Assembly (NCBI GenBank): GCA_964557295.1
Contig: CAZKZP010000004.1
Span: forward strand, 68,667-132,666
From: an uncultured Chromatiales bacterium
GTDB lineage: Bacteria; Pseudomonadota; Gammaproteobacteria; RBG-16-57-12
DNA length: 64,000 nucleotides
Direction of reading: 5' to 3'
In this document: one piece after another, positions 27,382 through 35,824 of the stretch
Layout: each line of letters starts with the position of its first letter
Position numbering within the stretch: position 1 is the stretch's first letter
Notes under the pieces: generated by a model
The model's input: only the letters and a program-made list of their open reading frames with translations
What the model was told of the DNA's origin: nothing
Database searches by the model: none
Translations under genes and position numbers: made by a program

Positions 27382-28794
27382 TCACACGGCGCCCTCGCCT
27401 CTCAACACCACCGGCACGGTTTTGAACAGAATCTTCAGATCCAGCTTGAGCGACCAGTTTTCGATATACGCCAGATCCAGTTCCAGCCACTTTTCAAACG
27501 GCAGGCTGCTGCGGCCCGAGATCTGCCACAGGCAGGTCAACCCCGGCTTGACGCTGAACCGTTTGCGCTGGATGCCGCGATCGAACAAGTTGACGTCGCG
27601 TATCGACATTGGCCGCGGCCCTACCAGACTCATATGTCCCAACAGCACATTGAACAATTGCGGCAGCTCATCCAGGCTGGTCTTACGCAGAAACTTTCCT
27701 ATGCGCGTCACGCGGGGATCATTGGCGATCTTGAAGATGGGACCGGAGGCCTCGTTGAGATGCTCGATGTCCTTGAGCTTCTGCTCGCTGCCCTCGACCA
27801 TCGATCTGAATTTGTACATCGGGAATACCCGCTTGCGGTAGCCGACACGCTGCTGCACGAAAAACACCGGGCCGGGCGAATCCAGTTTGATGGCAAGGGC
27901 GATCACCGTCAGGATGGGCAACAGTATCGGCATCGCGGCGGCGGTCAGCACGATGTCGATCAGCCGCTTCAGGAACAGCTCGGCATCGTGCTGGGCCACC
28001 GGCTCGAAATTCAACAGCGGCACGCCGCCCAACACATCCAGCCGCATGCGCGCCACTTGAAAATCAAACAGATCCGCCATCAGCTTCAACATCACGCCTT
28101 CCTCGCTGCAAGCATCGACGATTTTTCCGACATCCTCGATCATTGAGCGTGGAACCGCGAGCACCACTTCATCCACCACATGCCATTTCAAGATATTGCT
28201 GATCTCATCCACTGTGCCGATCACCTTCGACCCGCAGAGCTCTGTACCGACCATGTCCGGGTCGATATCCAGATAGCCGACGACATCCACCCCCCAATTC
28301 GAGTTCTTCTTCAGCAGTTCCGTGACCCGGACGGCACGCTCCCCGGTGCCCACCACCAGGACCTTCAGGCGGTTCTCATCCTTGATCTTGAATCGCTTGA
28401 AATACCACCATGTCAGTATCGCGCGGTTCAGAATGAGAAACGCCACGCTCACGACCGTAAATGCCGTGATGACGATCCGGCTGATGCCCTGCTCACCCAG
28501 GAAAAACAGCATCATGATGAGCAAGGCCAGGGTCAAGATATAGCCTCGGGCGACAATCCATGCATAGTTCACCATGGAGATGCGCAACTGTCGGTAGGCC
28601 CCCCAATAACTGAAGCTCAATCCCAGCGACGGCAGAATGATTGGCAAGAGCGCCAGATGCAGGATGGTATCGACTTCCTTGCCGGGAACAAACATTGCGT
28701 GGGCGTGCACTGCCCAGATGTAGCAAAGCACGATGACAAGCCCATCGAGCACAAAAACCAATCGACTTAGATGTTTTGATTTATCGTCTATCAT
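27382..28794 (-). CDS. undecaprenyl-phosphate sugar-1-phosphate transferase (bacterial sugar transferase family, EpsB/WbaP-like initiating enzyme)
   Basis: 470 aa with N-terminal TM helices and a C-terminal catalytic domain (DSPGPVFFVQQRVG...FKFRSM...DELPQLFNVLLGHMSLVGPRP). Confidence 0.85.
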   Translation of the reverse strand: MIDDKSKHLSRLVFVLDGLVIVLCYIWAVHAHAMFVPGKEVDTILHLALLPIILPSLGLSFSYWGAYRQLRISMVNYAWIVARGYILTLALLIMMLFFLGEQGISRIVITAFTVVSVAFLILNRAILTWWYFKRFKIKDENRLKVLVVGTGERAVRVTELLKKNSNWGVDVVGYLDIDPDMVGTELCGSKVIGTVDEISNILKWHVVDEVVLAVPRSMIEDVGKIVDACSEEGVMLKLMADLFDFQVARMRLDVLGGVPLLNFEPVAQHDAELFLKRLIDIVLTAAAMPILLPILTVIALAIKLDSPGPVFFVQQRVGYRKRVFPMYKFRSMVEGSEQKLKDIEHLNEASGPIFKIANDPRVTRIGKFLRKTSLDELPQLFNVLLGHMSLVGPRPMSIRDVNLFDRGIQRKRFSVKPGLTCLWQISGRSSLPFEKWLELDLAYIENWSLKLDLKILFKTVPVVLRGEGAV

Positions 28795-28818
28795 TACAGC
28801 ATTCCGGGGGCGAGCGAT

Positions 28819-30852
28819 TTACACCCTGATCATTGTTCTAAACTGAGCATCACCATTGAATTCGCCCTCTGCCACGAGCGTAGTGACGGGAATCTTCCGG
28901 TGATAGCCTCGGCTGAGCCAACCCGCCTTGGTGTGTGCATCCCCTTTGATCATCGATACCCGCACGGTCGGATCAAACGCCAAACTTACTCGTCCTTTCG
29001 GATATACGAGCTGACAGATATTGTTTTCTAAACTCGCGACCGTGCAGTGCTCCGACAAATGAAAGAACGCGCGCATGCGATGTTTGCCCGACGCCAGCAG
29101 CTCATCGGTCACCGCCACTTCGCGTCGCGTATGATCCAGACTGAGGGTGCGCCGGTGGATGACGGAGCCGTCGGCGGCCTGGTAGCCATCGTGTTCCCCT
29201 ATCACGCAGGTCGACGCTGCACTCGTCTCCCATAACAAACAGCGCGAACGCGCACGGCTGCCCCACAGGAACGGCCCGAGCATTCGGGACTGGTCCCTGC
29301 CGTCGATCTCGATCGTGTTGTGAGCGGCGGTGCTGCGGAAGTAGTTGCGCCATTCCGGGTAGGTGAAATAGTCATAGGTGCCCGGATCGACCAGGATATC
29401 GACGCCCGCCACCCGCAGCGTGAAACTCAACGCATCGGCGTGACCATGCGCGGCGATCGATCCATAACCGAGCTCGGCGCAGTCGAAAAACAAACTGATC
29501 GCCTCATCACCCGGCAGCCCACTTTGCAGCAGATAATAGCCGGACTCGGAAAAGGCGGTTGAACCCAATAGTTGCTGTGCCGAGTCCTTCGCCGCGGAGT
29601 GATACCAGGCAGGACCAGCCCCGCCCATGGTCCAATATGCCGTTTCGGCATATTCATCCGTAAGCGCGGCGAAATCCGCTCTCTTGAATAACACTGCAGC
29701 GACTGTCAGCAACCCGGTGACATCCTCTGGACGGTTGCCCAGATCGAGCACGTACCCGTCATCGCGATCACCAAACATCGGCAGCTCTTTGCCGCCTTCG
29801 GCAAGCCGCGCCACAAATTCGCACATTTTCTCGAGCCGCGCCCAATATTCTGGCGAATAATCATGACCGACCGCTCGGGCGCACAAGCCGGTGTACAAAT
29901 AAAACTGGATCACGAAGAATTGATAGCCGAGGGCGTGTTCGCGCGTGCAGCCGTCGGCGTAGGATTGCGCAAGAATCTCCCGCTCGAGGATCGCCTGGCT
30001 TTGCTGGCGCCACTGCGCTGAAAGCGCGAACTTGGAAAAGTAGCAGCTGGCGACCAACACGCCCGCCGCCTCGCCGATCAAATGGTTGTTGGATGATGAG
30101 CCTTGCGAATATTTCTTGGCCAGATCACGGCAGTGGAGATACACCGCGTGCAAAACTCGCCGCCGGAAATCGCCGGCAAACAACCCGGAATCCAGGATGA
30201 GGTCGATGGCCCATACCCAATTGATGAGCCGGACGCCCAGCTCCAGCGGACTGCGCCAGTTCATCCCCTTGCCATACGGATTGGCCTCCAGCCAAGAACC
30301 CAGCTGATCGATGACCCCCTGCGCATAGCGTTGATCGCGCGTCACATGATAGGCCCTGGCAAGCACCACTAAATGGTGGTGGCGATTCGGCTCCCAGACC
30401 AATTTACAATCACCGACGCGGTTGAAATCACGGTAATCGATCGCCTGAATGGGGAGGACCGGCGCTGTTATACCGCTGCTGTGATCCTTGTGCCAGTTGA
30501 TGGGATGGCCGAGGTCGACAGACTTTAAATCAAAATAACTGAGCTTGTGCGCCAGAATTTCCTCAGCGGCTTGCACCAGGGCCGCCTTCCAGCGCGGCTG
30601 ATATACCTGTTCGCGCGTGCCATCGCCGATCATATCGACCACTCTGAATCCCGGAGTGAAATCCCGTCCTTCATAGGGCTTGCAGACTTCATCGGCATCG
30701 GGAATCAAATTCATTTCCACACGGATGCGATCGATGACATCCTGAGCGAACGATCCCATCCGCCAAGCCACCTCGCCTGCGGACATGCTCTTCAATCGAT
30801 GTAAATACCAGGAAATGTTTTGCATATATCCTATCTTTCCTTTGTGTCCCAC
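28819..30852 (-). CDS. heparinase II/III-like family protein (polysaccharide lyase-like)
   Basis: 677 aa with an alpha/alpha-toroid-like N-terminal half and a Hepar_II_III-like C-terminal half. This is a common accessory gene of XrtA loci. Confidence 0.65.
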   Translation of the reverse strand: MGHKGKIGYMQNISWYLHRLKSMSAGEVAWRMGSFAQDVIDRIRVEMNLIPDADEVCKPYEGRDFTPGFRVVDMIGDGTREQVYQPRWKAALVQAAEEILAHKLSYFDLKSVDLGHPINWHKDHSSGITAPVLPIQAIDYRDFNRVGDCKLVWEPNRHHHLVVLARAYHVTRDQRYAQGVIDQLGSWLEANPYGKGMNWRSPLELGVRLINWVWAIDLILDSGLFAGDFRRRVLHAVYLHCRDLAKKYSQGSSSNNHLIGEAAGVLVASCYFSKFALSAQWRQQSQAILEREILAQSYADGCTREHALGYQFFVIQFYLYTGLCARAVGHDYSPEYWARLEKMCEFVARLAEGGKELPMFGDRDDGYVLDLGNRPEDVTGLLTVAAVLFKRADFAALTDEYAETAYWTMGGAGPAWYHSAAKDSAQQLLGSTAFSESGYYLLQSGLPGDEAISLFFDCAELGYGSIAAHGHADALSFTLRVAGVDILVDPGTYDYFTYPEWRNYFRSTAAHNTIEIDGRDQSRMLGPFLWGSRARSRCLLWETSAASTCVIGEHDGYQAADGSVIHRRTLSLDHTRREVAVTDELLASGKHRMRAFFHLSEHCTVASLENNICQLVYPKGRVSLAFDPTVRVSMIKGDAHTKAGWLSRGYHRKIPVTTLVAEGEFNGDAQFRTMIRV

Positions 30853-30943
30853 CTAAGCCTCGCCACGCGGGTCGAGGCATAAATGGCATTATCCGCGGCC
30901 GATGCACGCGAAAAGTACTCGCCCGTTTTCTTGGCCCTACCCA

Positions 30944-32320
30944 TCAGAATTCAGCCTTGAGGCCCAGCCTCGCCGCCAACTCCTCGTATTCCTTCGTGAG
31001 GTCCGTGGAATCCATATTCGCCGCCGAGACTCCCGCATCGATCGAGATCGTTTTGCTCACCGTTCGCACCAAGGACATCTCATACACGCGGTACCGATCA
31101 TTCCGATACCCCGACAGCCGCTTCCACGTCCGCCCGGCGCGCTGAGACAATATCGCATTGGTTCGGGGACCGAGAGTGTAGGTAAAGACCGCACGCTCCT
31201 GCGCCTCCCATTCCTTCTTGTCGCTTTCGACATCCTCACGCTCGCGCGCAAACCCATAGAACGCCAGCCGAAGCCTCTTCGCGAGCGTGAACTCCGCCGT
31301 GCCCCGCGCAGTCCTGTTGACAATGAACTGATTGAGATCGCTCAGCAAGGAATCCGGCGCCAGGGCATCGCTCTGCACCCGATTATACTGCTGATCGATC
31401 GTCTCCTCGCTGTAGCCGAATGTCAGCGTCGACGAGGGATTGCGCATCGTAAAATCGACCGAATAGGCATTGCCATAAAACCGGTGCCCGTAACTCAAGG
31501 CCAGCCTGGTCCTCGGCGTCATCGCCCACTGCGCCTGCGCCTGCCATGTGGTTGAGTCAAAATCCCTGTCGGGAAAACGCGTAAACTCGTAGGTCTCCGT
31601 GCCTGCCGCGCCTCCCAGCCGCCAAGTCTCATTCAACAGATAACTCACGCCGGCATTCAGCGTTAGCGCCGTCAGCTGATCATTGGTATAAACGTAGTCC
31701 GTTTCGCGCTTTGCGCCCTCCGCCCACCAATCCAACCGGCCTTGCCTGTCAGACATGACGCTCAGGATCGTCGCCGCCTGATTCTTGTTCAAATCCACCC
31801 GCGTCTCGTGCCGCTGATAGAATATCGCATGACGCGCTGAAAACTTGACGGATGGACCCAGGCTCAGATTGAGGTACGGGGAGGCCGAATAATTTCTCAC
31901 CTGCTCGCGCTCCCCCTTGAGCACGCGCGACACAGACGCCACACCCTCCTGGTTTCTCCTTTCCTCGAAGGCCACACGCCCATCCAGTCCGAATAGATTC
32001 TCCGTCGCCTGGGCATTGCCGCTCACACGCATCGAGCCGTAGTGATCGTCATACGCGGAATTGTTGCGGTACATCACCTGATTGACATAGCCATCGAAGC
32101 TGCCGCTGAAATGCCTGGACTGCTGCGTGATGCGCACGCCGGGAACCAAGGTTGTAATCACATCAGCTTGCGCCGCGGATTCCTCGAGCAAGGCGTTATC
32201 CGTATACAGGGCCTCTGCCCGAAGATACGGGGCGATCTCCCACGTGCCGGCGACACCGGGCGGTGCGCCCAGGAGCATAAGCAATGCCCCGGCAGAAGAT
32301 CGAATCCAGAAGCGTGTCAT
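30944..32320 (-). CDS. PEP-CTERM-system-associated outer-membrane beta-barrel protein (start taken at MTRFW; ORF-track start 32371 would overlap the upstream gene)
   Basis: The signal peptide is MTRFWIRSSAGALLMLLGAPPGVAG. The body has alternating amphipathic beta-strand patterning rich in Y/F/R and ends with a C-terminal Phe (..GLKAEF). Confidence 0.65.
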   Translation of the reverse strand: MTRFWIRSSAGALLMLLGAPPGVAGTWEIAPYLRAEALYTDNALLEESAAQADVITTLVPGVRITQQSRHFSGSFDGYVNQVMYRNNSAYDDHYGSMRVSGNAQATENLFGLDGRVAFEERRNQEGVASVSRVLKGEREQVRNYSASPYLNLSLGPSVKFSARHAIFYQRHETRVDLNKNQAATILSVMSDRQGRLDWWAEGAKRETDYVYTNDQLTALTLNAGVSYLLNETWRLGGAAGTETYEFTRFPDRDFDSTTWQAQAQWAMTPRTRLALSYGHRFYGNAYSVDFTMRNPSSTLTFGYSEETIDQQYNRVQSDALAPDSLLSDLNQFIVNRTARGTAEFTLAKRLRLAFYGFAREREDVESDKKEWEAQERAVFTYTLGPRTNAILSQRAGRTWKRLSGYRNDRYRVYEMSLVRTVSKTISIDAGVSAANMDSTDLTKEYEELAARLGLKAEF

Positions 32321-32322
32321 GA

Positions 32323-33120
32323 CTATTTCTTCGGATATGGGTAGTAGAAACTCTGGTGATGACTTTGGCACTTGTTCAGCACTAACCCGATGCTCTTGTT
32401 ATGATCCAGGAACTCCAGCGCCATCTTGAGATCTTTTTCCGCTGTCTTGCCGGATTCCACCACCATGACGATCTGCCCCACCAGTTCGGCGAGAATGCGC
32501 GCCTCGTTGCTCACCAACAAGGGAGGAGAATCGATGATGACGATTCGATCGTCATAGCGCGATTCAATCTCATCGAGCAGCTTCTTCATTTTCTCGCTGG
32601 ACAACAACTCCGCGGAGTGCTCGTACATCCGGCCGGCTGACAGCAGCACCAGATTGTTCAGATTGGTTCGCTGCAGCAGCGGCGCGACATCCCAGAACTT
32701 GCCTGAGAGATAGTCCGACAATCCCTTGGTGGGCGGCAGATTGAGCACATTGAACAACGAGGGGTTGACCAGGTCGGCATCGATCAGCAACACGGTCTTA
32801 TCCAGCTCCATGGCGCAACTCAGCGCCAGGTTGATCGCCGTAAAGGATTTGCCTTCGTTGGGAAAAGTGCTCGTGACCAGGACAAGATTGCCTTTGTCGA
32901 CCATGTTGGCCGACGCGCCAAAGGCGTTGTTCAACAACGGCCGCTTGATCTGCCGGAATTCTTCGGCAACCAATGAGCGTGGCGCTCCGGGGTTGATGAG
33001 GCCGCCCTTCTCCAACGCTCTGAAATCAATTTCCACGTAGGGCTTGCCGGCGGCGCTCGCCAGCTCAACCACTTTATCCACATTCTCCATATCGTTCCCG
33101 GATGTTCGCAAATTCATCAA
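32323..33120 (-). CDS. chain-length-determinant tyrosine-kinase ATPase component (EpsG/BY-kinase-like, MinD/ParA fold)
   Basis: 265 aa with Walker A (TSTFPNEGKSFTAINLA) and Walker B (LLIDAD). Its start overlaps the upstream EpsF-like stop. Confidence 0.8.
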   Translation of the reverse strand: MMNLRTSGNDMENVDKVVELASAAGKPYVEIDFRALEKGGLINPGAPRSLVAEEFRQIKRPLLNNAFGASANMVDKGNLVLVTSTFPNEGKSFTAINLALSCAMELDKTVLLIDADLVNPSLFNVLNLPPTKGLSDYLSGKFWDVAPLLQRTNLNNLVLLSAGRMYEHSAELLSSEKMKKLLDEIESRYDDRIVIIDSPPLLVSNEARILAELVGQIVMVVESGKTAEKDLKMALEFLDHNKSIGLVLNKCQSHHQSFYYPYPKK

Positions 33121-34628
33121 TGCACCAACGACCAGTACATCAGTCCGCCATAAGCTGCCAGCAATACCAGCAGCCCCAAGAAATACACCGCCACATCGAC
33201 CGCGGACCGGTAGATTTGAGCCGGGGTGCGCACCTTCGTGATGGTGCCCAGCACTGGCAGCCCAGTGGCTTCGCGCAGCCGGCGCGCGTTATAGAACGTC
33301 AATTTGATTTCTGACAACAAGTAGGCCACCGCCACGCCAATGGCCAAGCCGGCAATCAGGACCACCGAATACAGCAACGGCCGATTGGGGCCCGCCGGCA
33401 GGATTGGAACGCGCGCCGGTTCGATGATGCGGAACTGGATTTGATCGGTGCTCTTTTCGACATCCTGCGCGATTTTCGCCGACTCGCGCCGCGACACCAG
33501 CGCCTCGTAGTTTTCTTTGTTGATGCTGTAGTCACGATTGAGTTTCGCAAATTCCGCCTCGACGGCGGGAATGGTGTCGATCAAGGTTCTGAGCTTCTCC
33601 ACGCGCCGGGCATACTCATGATAACGCACTTGCAGCGAAGCGACTTCCGCCTCCGCCTTGCCGAGCTCGACATTCAATTCATGGTACGCGGGATTTTGCA
33701 CAATGGTTGGAGCGCTCTTTTGCCCCGCAGCGGCGTCCTGTTTTTGACGCTCGAGATCTTCGATGTTTTTCTTGACCGCAATGACATCGGGATGCTGGTC
33801 GGTATAGACCATCCGCAATTCGTCCAGGCGCTTTTGGAATTCGCTGATTCGAGCATCCACCGGACCGCTGGTTACACCGTCTACGGTTTCTCCGCCGCTG
33901 GCGCGAGCAAGTTGGCGTCTCAGCTCATCGCGGCGATTGACCGCCTCCGACATGTTCAGCCGCGCATCCTCCATCGCCGCCTTGGAGGTTTCCAGCTTCT
34001 GGAAGTACCCGCCGGTTTCGGATGGCATCAAGCCGATGTTCTCTTGCTTGAAGCGCTTGAGGCGTTCCTCCGCCTCTTCCAGGCGCTGCTGATATTCCGT
34101 GATCTGCTCCATCAGAAACCGCTGAGTCACATCCGTATCCTGGCGCGCGGCCGAGAGCGTGCCTTCCATGAAGATATTCAGCAAGGCCTCGACCACTTTC
34201 TTGGCCATCTCCGGATCTTTGTCGCTATAGGAGATATCGTAGATGTTTTCGCGATTGCTCCCCGTCACTTCGATTTTGTTCTCGATATTGATCAGCAGCT
34301 TCTCCAGTTCTTCCGGATCGCGCGCCTGCAAATCGAGGTCGGTGTCACGCGCCACCTTGAGAATGTTGGTTCGAGTGAGCAGCGTGCGTCTGGCGACATT
34401 GGCGAATTCCTGCCGCGCATCACTCTGCACCGCCAGGCCTTTTAACAGCGGACGCAGCATGGAATCCGCCTCGAGATACACCTTGGCATTGGATTGGTAG
34501 ACACTCGGCAGCAGGGTCACGATTGGCCAGCCGATGATGGAAACCAGCAAAGCGCTGGCAAATATCAGCCAGCGGCGATGCCAAAACAAACGGATCAGTT
34601 CAACAATTTGGTCAAGCGTCCCGGACAT
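33117..34628 (-). CDS. polysaccharide chain-length determinant protein (Wzz/EpsF-like, PEP-CTERM locus type)
   Basis: 503 aa with an N-terminal TM segment, a long coiled-coil periplasmic region and a C-terminal TM segment (GLLVLLAAYGGLMYW). Confidence 0.8.
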   Translation of the reverse strand: MSGTLDQIVELIRLFWHRRWLIFASALLVSIIGWPIVTLLPSVYQSNAKVYLEADSMLRPLLKGLAVQSDARQEFANVARRTLLTRTNILKVARDTDLDLQARDPEELEKLLINIENKIEVTGSNRENIYDISYSDKDPEMAKKVVEALLNIFMEGTLSAARQDTDVTQRFLMEQITEYQQRLEEAEERLKRFKQENIGLMPSETGGYFQKLETSKAAMEDARLNMSEAVNRRDELRRQLARASGGETVDGVTSGPVDARISEFQKRLDELRMVYTDQHPDVIAVKKNIEDLERQKQDAAAGQKSAPTIVQNPAYHELNVELGKAEAEVASLQVRYHEYARRVEKLRTLIDTIPAVEAEFAKLNRDYSINKENYEALVSRRESAKIAQDVEKSTDQIQFRIIEPARVPILPAGPNRPLLYSVVLIAGLAIGVAVAYLLSEIKLTFYNARRLREATGLPVLGTITKVRTPAQIYRSAVDVAVYFLGLLVLLAAYGGLMYWSLVH

Positions 34629-34686
34629 TTTTCAACCTGTTATTCTCTGCTCGGCGTCGCACACGAGTGGCATCATGCCGAGATTG

Positions 34687-35406
34687 TTAAAACCATGATT
34701 CCGGAATGATCAGGATATCCCCAGGCATAAGCTGCCGATTGGCGGAGATGTCACCCTTCTTCAGCAGGTCATTGAGCTTGACCGGGATCACGGTATCCTG
34801 GCCATCGATCTTGCGCACGATCTTGGCGCGGTTACCCGCCGCAAACTCTGTCAATCCCCCCGCGGAGATCATCACATCAAGCAAGCTCAACCCTTCCTGA
34901 TAGGGCAGCGCCTTGGGTTCGCCGGCGGCCCCGATGATTCTGATCTGCTGACTGGCGACGCCGCCGAATTGGGTGATGATGATCGTCACCAGCGGATTCT
35001 TGATGAAGTCGGAGAGCATGGTTTCGACGGAACGCGCCACCTGATTGGGAGTGCGGCCGATAACCATCAGGTCTTCCACCAGCGGAATCGAGATCTTGCC
35101 GTCGGGCCGGACCGGCACGGTAACAGACAAATCGGGATTACGCCAGACGAAGATCTGCAACATGTCACCGGGGCCGATGATATAGTTGGCGCCGGCTTTG
35201 TCGTTACTGGCGAACTTGTTTTGCGTCTCGGCGGTTTGACCCGCGGACTGTGGCGACGGCACTGGCGCAAGCTTCATGACCTCCGCAGGTTCCTTGATCG
35301 CCGTGTTCTGAGCACATCCGCTCAACAGCATGACAAGACATAAGAGAACGATCATTGTTACTTTCATGGCCCCTCGGTTCACCACCCCTCCTGAAATGCG
35401 ATTCAA
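34687..35406 (-). CDS. polysaccharide export outer-membrane lipoprotein (Wza/EpsE-like; Poly_export + SLBB); likely start at 35367 (MKVTMIVLL)
   Basis: It has a lipobox LLSGCAQN, the Poly_export motif YIIGPGDMLQIFVWRNPDLS and an SLBB region. Confidence 0.8.
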   Translation of the reverse strand: MNRISGGVVNRGAMKVTMIVLLCLVMLLSGCAQNTAIKEPAEVMKLAPVPSPQSAGQTAETQNKFASNDKAGANYIIGPGDMLQIFVWRNPDLSVTVPVRPDGKISIPLVEDLMVIGRTPNQVARSVETMLSDFIKNPLVTIIITQFGGVASQQIRIIGAAGEPKALPYQEGLSLLDVMISAGGLTEFAAGNRAKIVRKIDGQDTVIPVKLNDLLKKGDISANRQLMPGDILIIPESWF

Positions 35407-35824
35407 TTCGCATAATTATCGAAAAAAATCTGTTAGCCAGAATTCAGCGAGCGCCATTTTCCCATGCCGCGCCAAAAATCACCATCTCATTAAGACTCTC
35501 AGAGGCCAAACACGTCAGCGCGCCCCCTCAATTCAAGACTATAGTAATGATTCCTTTCGTAAATCAGCGCTTCCTGCCAGGGCCGCCGCAGCCTCTGTCA
35601 TGCTCCGGCAAGCGGGGTTTGCCTCTCGGCGGTCGGGAGGCATCGATGCCGCGGGTGCGAAATGCTGACGTACCTCGGCACCTCCGCCAGCGCGTCGCGC
35701 GTCACGCACAATAAATCATATTAGCGATTTATTATGCACCCTTTATGACAACATGACACCGCTAAACGGCCGTGCGGCAGCACTGCGTTTTGCTGCGGGG
35801 CCGCCAGGATTCTCGCTGCGCTGA

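Noticed and set aside
30857-30878. Hairpin gcctcgcc-acgcgg-gtcgaggc between the OMP gene and the heparinase gene, considered as a terminator
   Set aside because: It has no T-run and lies inside a co-transcribed block, so it is more likely a stability or pause structure. Evidence is insufficient.
35407-35824. Sigma-54 (-24 TGGCAC / -12 TTGC) promoter upstream of the exporter gene and other operon gaps, expected because PrsR is sigma-54 dependent
   Set aside because: Candidate GG..GC pairs inspected by eye had the wrong spacing. No convincing match was found, so it was left unannotated. A formal PWM scan is needed.
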